64,000 bases of DNA, taken from Escherichia coli. Lineage in GTDB: Bacteria > Pseudomonadota > Gammaproteobacteria > Enterobacterales > Enterobacteriaceae. The translations under genes and the position numbers were made by a program. Below, in pieces: positions 11,268 to 22,345 of the stretch (positions within the stretch are counted from its first letter, which is position 1; the number at the start of each line of letters is the position of its first letter). Where the stretch lies: NCBI RefSeq assembly GCF_050920415.1, contig NZ_CP169309.1; one strand, given 5' to 3'. The notes beneath the pieces are model-generated. The model searched no databases. It worked only from the letters and a program-made list of their open reading frames with translations, and was not told the origin of the DNA.

Positions 11268-12095
11268 TTAGCCGCCGAACTGGTCGGGATCGGGGCCGAG
11301 GCGTTTGCCCTGGTCGAGTTTGGCAATTTCACCTAGCTCGTCTTTGTCGAGACGGAAATCCCAGACATCAAAGTTTTCGGCAATACGTGAAGGTGTGACC
11401 GATTTCGGGATCACCACCAGGCCGTTATCCAGATGCCAGCGGATAACAATCTGCGCCGGGGTTTTGCCGTATTTATCTGCCAGATCGCGAATGACTTTCT
11501 GATCGAAAACGCCTTTCCCTCCTTGCGCTAATGGGCTCCAGGATTCGGTCTGGATTTTGTGTGTCGCGTTCCAGGCGTGAAGCTGGCGTTGCTGCATCAG
11601 CGGGTGGAGTTCAATCTGGTTTATCACCGGCGTCACGCCAGTTTCATCAATCAGGCGTTGCAGGTGGTGGATCTGGAAGTTGCACACGCCGATGCTTTTG
11701 ATTAAGCCCTCTTTTTGCAATTCGATCATGCCCTTCCATGCTTCGACATAATGGTCGATAGCAGGAACGGGCCAGTGCATTAAGTAAAGGTCGACATAAT
11801 CAAGCTGGAGTTTTTTCAGGCTGTCGAGCAGGGCTTCGCGGGGGCGCTTGTGGTCGTCGTTCCACAGTTTAGTGGTGATGAACAGTTCTTCTCTGTTAAC
11901 TGAGGCATTTTTCAGGGCTTTGCCGACACCTTCTTCGTTCTTATAGGCCGCGGCGGTATCAATCGAGCGATAACCCACGTCTAACGCTTTTTGAATGGCA
12001 GTGATTACTTCCTCATTACTTGCTTGCCAGACGCCCAGTCCCAGCTGGGGCATGACATTGCCATCCTGTAGCTTAATAACGGTTGGATTAGCCAT
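11268..12095 (-). CDS. dkgA: 2,5-diketo-D-gluconate reductase A / methylglyoxal reductase (aldo-keto reductase)
   Basis: 275-aa ORF; aldo-keto reductase family; synteny with yqhD and yqhC. Confidence 0.92.
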   Translation of the reverse strand: MANPTVIKLQDGNVMPQLGLGVWQASNEEVITAIQKALDVGYRSIDTAAAYKNEEGVGKALKNASVNREELFITTKLWNDDHKRPREALLDSLKKLQLDYVDLYLMHWPVPAIDHYVEAWKGMIELQKEGLIKSIGVCNFQIHHLQRLIDETGVTPVINQIELHPLMQQRQLHAWNATHKIQTESWSPLAQGGKGVFDQKVIRDLADKYGKTPAQIVIRWHLDNGLVVIPKSVTPSRIAENFDVWDFRLDKDELGEIAKLDQGKRLGPDPDQFGG

Positions 12096-12199
12096 ACGTT
12101 CCTCCTTTATATGAACTCACCGGAGCTGGCTCCGGTGAGGTGTTGTGAACTTAAGTCTGGACGAAATGCCCGAAAACGAAAGTTTGAGGCGTAAAAAGC

Positions 12200-13363
12200 T
12201 TAGCGGGCGGCTTCGTATATGCGGCGGCTGACATCCAGCGTAATGTCATGATTTTCACCCAGTTGGGTCATACCGTGCTCTTCCAGTTTTTTCAACAAAG
12301 CCGGGATGGAGCTGCCGTCCAGACCGTAGTCGGAGAGGTGGGTCGGCACGCCTAATTGCTCAAAGAAATTGCGGGTTGCGGCAATCGCGGCGTCAATACG
12401 CTCATCGTCAGAACCTTCTGTGATGTTCCAGACGCGTTCAGCATATTGCAGCAGTTTAGCGCGTTTAGTGTCGCGTTTCTCATTCCACAGTGCAGGCAGG
12501 ACGATAGCCAGCGTTTGCGCGTGATCCAGACCGTGCATCGCAGTCAGTTCGTGGCCCAGCATATGCGTTGCCCAATCCTGGGGTACACCTGCGCCAATTA
12601 AACCGTTCAGCGCCTGAGTCGCCGCCCACATAACGTTGGCGCGTACATCGTAGTTTTCTGGCTCTTTCAGGGCTTTCGGACCATCTTCGATCAGCGTCAG
12701 CAAAATGCCTTCTGCGAAACGGTCCTGAATTTTGGCATCAACCGGTTTGGTAACATACTGTTCCACGGTGTGCACAAAGGCATCCACTACACCGTTAGCC
12801 ACCTGACGCGGCGGCAGAGTGTAGGTATAAACCGGATCGAGCACGGCAAATACCGGCTGAACATGGGCAGAATGGAACGCCTGCTTGTCGCCTGTAGTTT
12901 TACGGGAGATGACCGCACCTGCGTTGGATTCTGAACCGGTTGCTGGCAGCGTCAGCACACAGCCCATCGGGATGGCGCTTTTAATCTCTTTACCGCCCGT
13001 TTGTAGAATGTGCCACGGATCGATATTTTCCGGATAATTAGCCGCTGCGGCGATAAATTTGGTGCCGTCCAGTACAGAACCGCCGCCAACCGCCAGCAGG
13101 AAAGTCACTTTTTGTTCGCGAACCAGTTTCACGGCATTCATCAGCGTTTCATAAGCCGGGTTTGGCTCAATACCGCCAAATTCCAGCACGTCCATGCCTT
13201 TCAGGGCATCCAGAACTTGATCGAGAACGCCGGTTTTTTTCACGCTGCCGCCGCCGTAGGTAATCAATACGCGAGCATCGTGAGGAATTTGTTCGCGTAA
13301 ACCAGCGATTGCGCCTTTACCAAAAAGAATGCGGGTTGGGGTGTGCAGATTAAAGTTGTTCAT
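12200..13363 (-). CDS. yqhD: NADPH-dependent aldehyde reductase (iron-containing alcohol dehydrogenase family)
   Basis: ORF-track ORF is 395 aa; start moved to internal Met ([10 protein letters not shown]) to give the known 387-aa YqhD. Confidence 0.92.
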   Translation of the reverse strand: MNNFNLHTPTRILFGKGAIAGLREQIPHDARVLITYGGGSVKKTGVLDQVLDALKGMDVLEFGGIEPNPAYETLMNAVKLVREQKVTFLLAVGGGSVLDGTKFIAAAANYPENIDPWHILQTGGKEIKSAIPMGCVLTLPATGSESNAGAVISRKTTGDKQAFHSAHVQPVFAVLDPVYTYTLPPRQVANGVVDAFVHTVEQYVTKPVDAKIQDRFAEGILLTLIEDGPKALKEPENYDVRANVMWAATQALNGLIGAGVPQDWATHMLGHELTAMHGLDHAQTLAIVLPALWNEKRDTKRAKLLQYAERVWNITEGSDDERIDAAIAATRNFFEQLGVPTHLSDYGLDGSSIPALLKKLEEHGMTQLGENHDITLDVSRRIYEAAR

Positions 13364-13499
13364 TACTTGCTCCCTTTGCTGGGTCAATATGAGGGCAGAG
13401 ATCGGTCTGCCTGATGTTTTTCATTGTGGTCGCCAGCGCCTTACCTCTCAATGCTCATTTCTGCCAATGTCTTGCCTATTTCTCCAGAGTGCTGGAGAA

Positions 13500-14456
13500 A
13501 TGCGACAAAATTGCGCACAATCAAATTGCCGCATTATTCCTAAGAAATTACGCGATATGAAACGTGAAGAGATTTGCCGCTTGCTGGCGGGTAAAGTTAA
13601 TAAACTGAAAAATAAAGAAAATAGTTTGTCAGAGCTATTGCCCGATGTGCGTTTGTTGTATGGCGAGACGCCTTTCGCACGTACGCCGGTGATGTACGAG
13701 CCCGGCATCATAATTCTCTTTTCTGGGCATAAAATCGGTTATATCAATGAACGCGTGTTTCGTTATGATGCCAATGAATATCTGCTGCTGACGGTGCCGT
13801 TGCCGTTTGAGTGCGAAACTTATGCCACGTCAGAGGTACCGCTGGCAGGGTTGCGTCTCAATGTCGATGTTTTGCAGTTACAAGAGCTGTTGATGGACAT
13901 TGGCGAAGATGAGCATTTTCGGCCGTCGATGGCAGCCAGCGGGATTAACTCTGCCACGTTATCAGAAGAGATTTTATGTGCGGCGGAGCGGTTACTCGAT
14001 GTGATGGAGCGACCGCTGGATGCGCGTATTCTCGGCAAACAGATCATCCGCGAAATTCTGTACTACGTGCTGACCGGACCTTGCGGCGGCGCGTTACTGG
14101 CGCTGGTCAGTCGCCAGACTCACTTCAGCCTGATTAGTCGAGTGCTGAAACGAATTGAGAATAAATACACCGAAAACCTGAGCGTCGAGCAACTGGCGGC
14201 AGAAGCCAACATGAGCGTATCGGCGTTCCACCATAATTTTAAGTCTGTCACTAGCACCTCGCCGTTGCAGTATTTGAAGAATTACCGTCTGCATAAGGCG
14301 CGGATGATGATTATCCACGACGGCATGAAGGCCAGTGCAGCAGCGATGCGCGTCGGCTACGAAAGCGCGTCGCAATTTAGCCGTGAGTTTAAACGTTACT
14401 TTGGTGTGACACCGGGGGAGGATGCGGCAAGAATGCGGGCGATGCAGGGGAGTTAA
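13500..14456 (+). CDS. yqhC: AraC-family transcriptional activator of yqhD-dkgA
   Basis: C-terminal AraC HTH region; start chosen at internal ATG (MRQNCAQ...) to give 318 aa, matching YqhC. Confidence 0.85.
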   Translation: MRQNCAQSNCRIIPKKLRDMKREEICRLLAGKVNKLKNKENSLSELLPDVRLLYGETPFARTPVMYEPGIIILFSGHKIGYINERVFRYDANEYLLLTVPLPFECETYATSEVPLAGLRLNVDVLQLQELLMDIGEDEHFRPSMAASGINSATLSEEILCAAERLLDVMERPLDARILGKQIIREILYYVLTGPCGGALLALVSRQTHFSLISRVLKRIENKYTENLSVEQLAAEANMSVSAFHHNFKSVTSTSPLQYLKNYRLHKARMMIIHDGMKASAAAMRVGYESASQFSREFKRYFGVTPGEDAARMRAMQGS

Positions 14457-14460
14457 ATGC

Positions 14461-14484
14461 GTTCCCGGTACCGCAACCGGGAAC
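14461..14484. terminator. Hairpin between convergent yqhC and yghB
   Basis: Inverted repeat gttcccgg / ccgggaac read from sequence. Confidence 0.35.
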
Positions 14485-14495
14485 GGGGGAAATTG

Positions 14496-15155
14496 TCAGG
14501 CGTTACAGTATTTCTTTTTAATCACCACAAACAGCGTGCCTAACAAGCCTGCAGTTAACAAGGCAATCGGCAGGATCATCAGGAATGTCATTACCTGATC
14601 TTCATGCCGTTTAACGAACGGAATCATGCTTAAGGCATAGCCGAAACTAGTTACTACGCTGACCCACAGCAATCCGCTTAGCCAGTTGAAAAACTGGAAG
14701 CGGCGGTTTGGCAGACCGGAAATACCCGCCATGGTTGGCAACAGCGTACGGACAAATGCGAGAAAACGTCCAGCCAGCAGCGCCAGCAGACCGTGACGGT
14801 CAAACATACAGGTAGCACGCTGGTGATATTTGGCAGGAAGCTGTGCCAGCCAGCCTTTCACCGTTTTAGTATTCCCTAACCAGCGCCCCTGAATATAACT
14901 TAACCAGCAGCCCAAACTTGCTGCGGCGGTCAGAATCGCAATCGTTGGCAGAAAATCCATAACCCCCTGAGCAATCAATGCGCCTGCCAGTATCAACAAG
15001 CTGTCGCCTGGCAAAAATGAGGCGGGCAGCAGGCCGTTTTCTAAAAACAGCGTGGCAAACATGACAAAGTAAACAACGCTAACAATATGAGGATCCGCCA
15101 GCGCGGCAAAGTCGTGTTGCCAGAGCGCAGCGATGATATCTTGAATAACAGCCAT
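14496..15155 (-). CDS. yghB: DedA-family inner membrane protein
   Basis: 219-aa hydrophobic ORF; length and synteny match YghB. Confidence 0.9.
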
Positions 15156-15293
15156 GGACTTTCCTGTGGAACAGCGTTTAAGCCTTTATCTGCCTATTGT
15201 ACTCCTGAATCACCCGGGACGCCTTGATCCCGGACGCAACAATTTAAGACTTTTCACAATTAAATGTCTGCAAATTTGTCCAAACTGGCAACA

Positions 15294-16481
15294 TTACACA
15301 ATTCGCGCAAAACCGGCGTCCAGATCGGCAATCAAATCATCGACATCTTCCAGACCAATATGCAGGCGAATCAAGGTCCCGCTAAAATCGATCTCGCCTT
15401 GCGGGCGAATGGCGGCGATATGTTCTGGTTGATTTGCCAGGATCAACGATTCATACCCGCCCCACGAGTAGGCCATGCTGAATAAACTGAAGTTATCCAG
15501 ATAGTTCGCCAGCTCTTCATCATTGAGTTTTTTCTTAAGCACAAAGGAAAATAGCCCGCTGCTACCTGTAAAGTCTCGTTGCCAGAATTCGTGACCTTTA
15601 CTGCCAGGCAGAGCAGGGTGGTTAACTCGCGCTACTTGCGGATGTTCCGCCAGCCATTCAGCTACTTTCAGGCTACTTTCGTGATGTTGACGCAGGCGAA
15701 CACCCAAAGTGCGCAGGCCACGACTGGTTATATAGGCGGTATCGGCATCGACCATCTGCCCCATCAGATAGGCATTCTCCCGTAGCTGCTCCCAGCAACG
15801 GGCATTGCATACGGCAGTACCAATCATCGCATCTGAATGCCCAACCAGATATTTGGTAGCGGCCTGAATGGAAACATCAATGCCAAAATCCAGCGCCTTA
15901 AACAGCACGCCGGCCGCCCAGGTGTTATCGATCATAATGATGGCATCTGGCACTACACTGCGCACGGCGGCAACAATCGCCGGAACGTCGTGGACTTCCA
16001 TGGTGATGGAGCCCGGCGATTCCAGAAATACAATTTTAGTGTTTGGCTGCAGATGTTTAACAATATTCGCGCCAATCAGCGGATCAAACCACGATGTCGT
16101 TACGCCCAGTTTGCTGAGGATTTTGCTACAGAAATCCTGACTCGGTTCATAGGCGGTGTTGGTCATCAACACATGATCGCCCTGTTCGACAAAAGCAAGA
16201 ATGGAATTAGCAACCGCTGCTGCTCCGCAGGGGAACAGCACGCAGCCTGCGCCACCTTCCAGTTCGCACATCGCTTCTTGTAAGGAGAAATGGGTTAACG
16301 TTCCGCGCCGTCCATAAAACAACTCGCCATTGGCGCGATTGCGCGTCGCGTGTTTTTTGGCTTCCACACTGTCAAAGACCAGCGAAGAAGCGCGCTGAAT
16401 CACGCTATTTACCGCGCCGAGAGTGTATTTTTTGCTGCGTCCTGCGTTGACCAGTTGAGTATCAAGCTTTTTGTCCGCCAT
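15294..16481 (-). CDS. metC: Cystathionine beta-lyase
   Basis: ORF-track ORF 440 aa; start moved to internal Met ([15 protein letters not shown]) giving 395 aa as in MetC; PLP-dependent transferase family. Confidence 0.93.
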   Translation of the reverse strand: MADKKLDTQLVNAGRSKKYTLGAVNSVIQRASSLVFDSVEAKKHATRNRANGELFYGRRGTLTHFSLQEAMCELEGGAGCVLFPCGAAAVANSILAFVEQGDHVLMTNTAYEPSQDFCSKILSKLGVTTSWFDPLIGANIVKHLQPNTKIVFLESPGSITMEVHDVPAIVAAVRSVVPDAIIMIDNTWAAGVLFKALDFGIDVSIQAATKYLVGHSDAMIGTAVCNARCWEQLRENAYLMGQMVDADTAYITSRGLRTLGVRLRQHHESSLKVAEWLAEHPQVARVNHPALPGSKGHEFWQRDFTGSSGLFSFVLKKKLNDEELANYLDNFSLFSMAYSWGGYESLILANQPEHIAAIRPQGEIDFSGTLIRLHIGLEDVDDLIADLDAGFARIV

Positions 16482-16644
16482 CTCGGGATTCCTGTTTTTA
16501 TACGTCTGGATGTCTAAACTAGCATGAATATTCGCGGGCGCATCCTGAAGAATTAGCATAAAGCAGAAAATTTTCGCAAATGGCGTGCTGGTGACTTTTT
16601 TACTGCGTAAACGCAAGGAAAAGAAAACAAAGGTACGGCAGTAT

Positions 16645-16673
16645 GCAAATAGTAATGAGAACGACTATCAATT
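16645..16673. promoter_or_regulatory. Candidate Fur box in exbB promoter region
   Basis: AT-rich hexamer array (aaatag taatga gaacga ctatca) upstream of exbB; exbBD is known to be Fur-regulated; match to consensus is only partial. Confidence 0.3.
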
Positions 16674-16732
16674 CGACGTCGTTTTGATATTATTATGCGC
16701 AGATTTTGTGATTTGCGTCCTGGAGATACACA

Positions 16733-17467
16733 GTGGGTAATAATTTAATGCAGACGGATCTTTCCGTCTGGGGTATGTATCAGCACGCCGATATTGTCGT
16801 TAAGTGCGTGATGATTGGGCTTATTTTGGCCTCCGTAGTCACCTGGGCAATCTTCTTCAGTAAGAGCGTTGAGTTCTTCAATCAGAAGCGTCGCCTGAAA
16901 CGCGAACAGCAACTGCTGGCCCAAGCGCGTTCCTTGAACCAGGCCAACGATATCGCCGCTGATTTTGGTAGCAAAAGCTTAAGCCTGCATTTGCTCAATG
17001 AAGCGCAGGATGAGCTGGAACTGTCAGAAGGCAGCGACGATAACGAAGGTATTAAAGAACGTACCAGCTTCCGTCTGGAGCGTCGGGTCGCCGCCGTGGG
17101 GCGTCAAATGGGCCGCGGTAACGGCTACCTTGCAACCATCGGCGCGATTTCGCCGTTTGTGGGCCTCTTTGGTACGGTCTGGGGCATCATGAACAGCTTT
17201 ATCGGTATTGCGCAAACGCAGACCACTAATCTGGCTGTCGTTGCGCCGGGTATCGCAGAAGCTCTGTTAGCAACGGCAATCGGCCTCGTGGCAGCGATTC
17301 CGGCGGTCGTTATCTATAACGTATTTGCACGTCAGATTGGCGGCTTTAAAGCGATGCTGGGTGATGTCGCAGCGCAGGTATTATTGCTGCAAAGTCGTGA
17401 CCTGGATCTGGAAGCCAGCGCCGCTGCGCATCCGGTTCGTGTCGCCCAAAAATTACGCGCAGGATAA
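16733..17467 (+). CDS. exbB: TonB-system energizer ExbB
   Basis: 244-aa ORF (GTG start); matches ExbB. Confidence 0.93.
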   Translation: MGNNLMQTDLSVWGMYQHADIVVKCVMIGLILASVVTWAIFFSKSVEFFNQKRRLKREQQLLAQARSLNQANDIAADFGSKSLSLHLLNEAQDELELSEGSDDNEGIKERTSFRLERRVAAVGRQMGRGNGYLATIGAISPFVGLFGTVWGIMNSFIGIAQTQTTNLAVVAPGIAEALLATAIGLVAAIPAVVIYNVFARQIGGFKAMLGDVAAQVLLLQSRDLDLEASAAAHPVRVAQKLRAG

Positions 17468-17473
17468 TGTTCG

Positions 17474-17899
17474 ATGGCAATGCATCTTAACGAAAACCTC
17501 GACGATAACGGCGAAATGCATGATATCAACGTGACGCCGTTTATCGACGTGATGTTGGTTCTGCTGATTATCTTTATGGTGGCAGCGCCGTTAGCGACGG
17601 TAGATGTGAAGGTGAACTTGCCTGCTTCTACCAGCACGCCGCAGCCTCGTCCGGAAAAACCGGTTTATCTGTCGGTGAAGGCGGACAACTCGATGTTTAT
17701 CGGTAACGAGCCGGTCACCGATGAAACAATGGTTACAGCGCTGAATGCGTTAACCGAAGGTAAGAAAGACACCACTATCTTCTTCCGTGCGGATAAAACT
17801 GTCGATTACGAGACGTTGATGAAGGTAATGGATAAGCTGCATCAGGCAGGTTACCTGAAGATTGGTCTGGTTGGCGAAGAAACAGCCAAAGCGAAGTAA
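17474..17899 (+). CDS. exbD: TonB-system energizer ExbD
   Basis: 141-aa ORF directly downstream of exbB; matches ExbD. Confidence 0.93.
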   Translation: MAMHLNENLDDNGEMHDINVTPFIDVMLVLLIIFMVAAPLATVDVKVNLPASTSTPQPRPEKPVYLSVKADNSMFIGNEPVTDETMVTALNALTEGKKDTTIFFRADKTVDYETLMKVMDKLHQAGYLKIGLVGEETAKAK

Positions 17900-17904
17900 A
17901 GAGA

Positions 17905-18012
17905 ATTGCCTGATGCGCTACGCTTATCAGACCTACATAATATATTGCAACATATTGAATTTGCATGACATGTAGGCCGGATAAGGCGTTTAGACCGCAT
18001 CCGGCAAGAGTT
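17905..18012. repeat. REP (repetitive extragenic palindromic) element cluster
   Basis: Copies of gcctgatgcg...cttatcag and ggccggataaggcg...gcatccggc motifs typical of E. coli REP/BIME. Confidence 0.55.
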
Positions 18013-18022
18013 AAATGCATAA

Positions 18023-18059
18023 TGATGCCCGGTTGCTTTTCGCAACCGGGCATTTTTTT
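18023..18059 (+). terminator. Rho-independent terminator downstream of exbBD
   Basis: 12-bp stem (atgcccggttgc / gcaaccgggcat) followed by a run of 7 T. Confidence 0.6.
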
Positions 18060-18942
18060 AGCCTAAATGTTCGCCGCCGCACACGCCGTGTACTTCTGCA
18101 GTGACATAGCTCGACTCCTGACTTGCCAGATAAACATACACTGGGGCCAGCTCCGCCGGTTGTCCTGCACGTTTCATTGGTGTTTGCTGACCAAACTGCG
18201 GGATCTTATCCTGCGTCTGTCCACCGGAAATTTGCAGTGCTGTCCAGATCGGGCCTGGCGCAACAATATTCACCCGAATACCTTTCTCCGCGACCTGTTT
18301 TGCCAGGCCTCGGCTGTAGTTCAGAATCGCCGCCTTCGTAGCCGCATAGTCCAGTAAATGCGGGCTTGGCTGGTATGCCTGGATTGACGAAGTGGTGATG
18401 ATACTGGCACCTTTCGGTAGCAGGGGGATCGCTTCCTGGGTTAGCCAGAACAGCGCGAAAACGTTAATGGCAAAGGTCTTTTGAAACTGTTCGCTGGTGA
18501 GGTCTGCAATATCAGGAATGGCAACCTGTTTCCCGGCGACCAGCGCCATAATATCCAGCCCGCCTAACGCCTTGTGCGCTTCGTGAACCAGCGAACGGGC
18601 GAATTTCTCATCGCTTAAATCGCCTGGCAGCAGGACGGCTTTGCGTCCACATTCTTCAATGATCTTTTTCACATCCTGAGCGTCTTCTTCTTCCACGGGA
18701 AGATAACTGATCGCTACGTCAGCGCCTTCACGCGCGTAAGCGATGGCGGCAGCACGACCGATTCCGGAATCGCCCCCTGTCACCAGTGCCTTACGATCTT
18801 TCAGGCGACCGCTACCAACATAGGTTTTCTCGCCGCAATCCGGCACTGGTGTCATCTTCGCCTGGATGCCTGGCGTCGGTTGTTTCTGTTTGGGATATTC
18901 ACCAGTGTAATACTGCGTGGTCGGGTCTTTTAAATGAGACAT
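18058..18942 (-). CDS. yghA: Short-chain dehydrogenase/reductase YghA
   Basis: 294-aa ORF; SDR glycine-rich NAD-binding motif (TGGDSGIG); synteny. Confidence 0.9.
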
Positions 18943-19051
18943 CGCTTTTCTCCCTTCAGGTTCAACGTCCTTTAAGGGTAGACGCTCTCGATGCGTTGAT
19001 AAGGGAACCAGGAAAATCCCTAAACCTCAGAATTATGCGACAAAGGTTTAA

Positions 19052-19627
<576 letters not shown>

Positions 19628-19635
19628 TCTGATTC

Positions 19636-19661
19636 GGGCGCGGTTCTCGCGCCCGTTATTA
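19636..19661 (+). terminator. Rho-independent terminator after yqhA (likely bidirectional with gpr)
   Basis: Stem cgggcgcg / cgcgcccg, 5-nt loop, followed by ttatt. Confidence 0.5.
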
Positions 19662-19666
19662 ACAGG

Positions 19667-20707
19667 TCATTTATCGGAAGACGCCTGCCACAGATTCAGC
19701 TCGCCATCGGCGATATGCTGATCAATCTGCGCCAGCTCCTCGGTGCTAAATGTCAGATTATTCAGCGCCTGGACGTTCTCTTCCAGTTGCTCCGCGCGGC
19801 TGGCACCAATCAATACCGACGTCACTCGCTCATCTTTCAGCAACCAGCTTAACGCCATTTGTGCCATTGATTGTCCACGCTGCTGTGCCATTTCATTCAA
19901 TAACCGCAGGCTGTTGAGGTTGGCTTCGGTGAGCATTTTCGGCGTCAGACCACGAACTTTATTCCCTTCACGATGCATCCGTGAATCTTGCGGAATACCG
20001 TTGAGATATTTTCCGGTCAGCAATCCCTGAGCCAGAGGAGTAAAGGCAATGCAGCCCACGCCGTTATGTTGCAGGGTATCCAGCAGGCCGCTTTTATCCA
20101 CCCAGCGGTTCAGTAAATTGTACGAAGGTTGATGAATTAACAGCGGAATTTTCCACTCGCGCAGCAACTCGACCATTTTTTGCGTCCGCTCTGGCGAGTA
20201 AGAGGAGATCCCGACATAAAGCGCCTTACCGCTTTGTACCGCATGAGCCAGCGCAGAGGCGGTTTCTTCCATCGGCGTATTTTCATCGACGCGATGAGAG
20301 TAAAAGATATCGACATACTCAAGCCCCATCCGCTTCAGGCTTTGGTCGAGGCTGGCGAGCAGGTATTTACGTGAGCCGCCAGAGCCGTACGGGCCGGGCC
20401 ACATATCGTAGCCAGCTTTGGTAGAGATAATCAGTTCATCGCGATAAGCGGCAAAATCCTCCCGCAGCAGGCGACCAAAGTTCTCTTCTGCGCTTCCTGG
20501 AGGCGGCCCGTAATTGTTGGCTAAATCAAAGTGCGTAATGCCCAAATCAAACGCTTTGCGCAGGATCGCACGCTGTGATTCCAGTGCGTTAACGTGACCG
20601 AAATTGTGCCATAAACCGAGCGATAACGCGGGCAGGCGTAAACCGCTTTTTCCGCAATAGCGGTATTGCATCTGCCCGTAACGTTCGGGATTCGCTAACC
20701 AGACCAT
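19667..20707 (-). CDS. gpr: L-glyceraldehyde 3-phosphate reductase (aldo-keto reductase)
   Basis: ORF-track ORF 383 aa; start moved to internal Met (MVWLANPERY) to give the known 346 aa. Confidence 0.9.
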   Translation of the reverse strand: MVWLANPERYGQMQYRYCGKSGLRLPALSLGLWHNFGHVNALESQRAILRKAFDLGITHFDLANNYGPPPGSAEENFGRLLREDFAAYRDELIISTKAGYDMWPGPYGSGGSRKYLLASLDQSLKRMGLEYVDIFYSHRVDENTPMEETASALAHAVQSGKALYVGISSYSPERTQKMVELLREWKIPLLIHQPSYNLLNRWVDKSGLLDTLQHNGVGCIAFTPLAQGLLTGKYLNGIPQDSRMHREGNKVRGLTPKMLTEANLNSLRLLNEMAQQRGQSMAQMALSWLLKDERVTSVLIGASRAEQLEENVQALNNLTFSTEELAQIDQHIADGELNLWQASSDK

Positions 20708-20860
20708 GACCTCTCCTTTCCACCATTCAATTTCGAAACAATGTTTCCAGTTTAGCGATTTACCAGGGGGGATCCCGTAGCATCGCTCACAGTGTGACGA
20801 AAAACTGGGCAAAAACACGTGCTTATGCTTTGCTTAAAAAAACACCAATTGAGGAGTGCA

Positions 20861-21751
20861 ATGATGCCGCGTCTGACCGCTAAAGACTTCCCACAAGAGT
20901 TGCTGGATTACTACGACTATTACGCTCACGGGAAAATTTCGAAACGTGAGTTCCTCAACCTTGCGGCGAAGTATGCGGTGGGCGGGATGACGGCATTAGC
21001 GTTGTTTGATTTGCTCAAGCCAAATTATGCGCTGGCGACTCAGGTAGAGTTTACCGACCCGGAAATTGTTGCTGAGTACATCACGTATTCTTCGCCAAAT
21101 GGTCACGGCGAGGTACGGGGTTATCTGGTGAAGCCCGCAAAGATGAGCGGCAAAACGCCAGCCGTGGTGGTGGTGCATGAGAATCGTGGACTGAATCCGT
21201 ATATCGAAGATGTGGCACGGCGAGTAGCGAAGGCGGGGTATATCGCCCTGGCACCTGACGGCTTAAGTTCCGTTGGAGGTTATCCGGGTAATGATGATAA
21301 AGGTCGTGAGCTGCAACAGCAGGTTGATCCAACCAAACTGATGAATGATTTCTTTGCCGCAATTGAGTTTATGCAACGCTATCCGCAAGCGACAGGCAAA
21401 GTGGGTATTACCGGATTTTGCTATGGCGGTGGTGTATCGAACGCGGCGGCTGTCGCGTATCCGGAACTGGCCTGCGCGGTGCCGTTTTATGGTCGTCAGG
21501 CACCCACTGCCGATGTGGCGAAGATTGAAGCGCCTTTACTGCTCCACTACGCGGAACTGGATACCCGAATCAACGAGGGCTGGCCCGCTTACGAGGCGGC
21601 GTTGAAAGCCAATAATAAGGTCTATGAGGCGTATATCTATCCGGGGGTTAATCACGGATTCCATAATGATTCCACGCCCCGTTATGACAAATCTGCCGCC
21701 GATCTTGCCTGGCAAAGGACGCTGAAATGGTTCGATAAATATCTCTCCTGA
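20861..21751 (+). CDS. yghX: Dienelactone hydrolase family protein (intact YghX; possible Tat-type signal)
   Basis: Start at ATG 7 nt after GAGGAG; dienelactone-hydrolase-like translation; K-12 carries this as a split pseudogene (yghX/yghY) as I recall, here a single intact frame. Confidence 0.75.
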   Translation: MMPRLTAKDFPQELLDYYDYYAHGKISKREFLNLAAKYAVGGMTALALFDLLKPNYALATQVEFTDPEIVAEYITYSSPNGHGEVRGYLVKPAKMSGKTPAVVVVHENRGLNPYIEDVARRVAKAGYIALAPDGLSSVGGYPGNDDKGRELQQQVDPTKLMNDFFAAIEFMQRYPQATGKVGITGFCYGGGVSNAAAVAYPELACAVPFYGRQAPTADVAKIEAPLLLHYAELDTRINEGWPAYEAALKANNKVYEAYIYPGVNHGFHNDSTPRYDKSAADLAWQRTLKWFDKYLS

Positions 21752-21869
21752 TAGGTTTATCTCTTACGGGATTACGTCTTAAACAAGCATGAAAAAATAG
21801 CGTGCGCAAAAGTCGTTCTTTGCCTAAAATATCGCTATATATGACAATATATAGCGAATGAGGTGAACG

Positions 21870-22157
21870 ATGAATAACCATTTTGGTAAAGGCTTAATGG
21901 CGGGATTAAAAGCAACGCATGCCGACAGTGTGGTTAATGTGACAAAATACTGTGCCGATTATAAACGCGGTTTTGTATTAGGCTACTCACACCAGATGTA
22001 CGAAAAGACCGGAGATCGCCAGCTTAGCGCCTGGGAAGCGGGTATTCTGACGCGCCGCTATGGACTGGATAAAGAGATGGTAATGGATTTCTTTCGTGAG
22101 AATAATTCCTGTTCTACGTTGCGCTTTTTTATGGCCGGTTATCGCCTCGAAAATTGA
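21870..22157 (+). CDS. yghW: DUF2623 protein YghW
   Basis: 95-aa ORF; length and synteny match YghW. Confidence 0.8.
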   Translation: MNNHFGKGLMAGLKATHADSVVNVTKYCADYKRGFVLGYSHQMYEKTGDRQLSAWEAGILTRRYGLDKEMVMDFFRENNSCSTLRFFMAGYRLEN

Positions 22158-22345
22158 TCAAACATACGTATTATCTTGCTTTAATTAATTACACTAATGC
22201 TTATTCCCTTCGTTTTAGTGCCCCGCCGCAGTATCATGATATCGATAACCATAATAAATGTGTGGTAAATGGCGCATCGATCGCATTATTGATTTTGCGA
22301 TTGAGGCAAAATATATGCCAGGTCTTCGCAACGGAATAACTATAA

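Noticed and set aside
13329-13499. N-terminal extension of yqhC suggested by the ORF track (375 aa)
   Set aside because: Would overlap the divergent yqhD start region; the internal ATG gives the known 318-aa length
19667-20818. Long forms of gpr (383 aa) and, by the same logic, metC (440 aa), yqhD, yghU, glcC, glcF, hybD/E/F in the ORF track
   Set aside because: ORF-track entries begin at the first possible start; internal Met codons reproduce known protein lengths and sensible operon overlaps
22154-22339. 61-aa ORF in the hyb promoter region
   Set aside because: Lies in the AT-rich regulatory region upstream of hybO; no conservation signal or ribosome-binding site apparent
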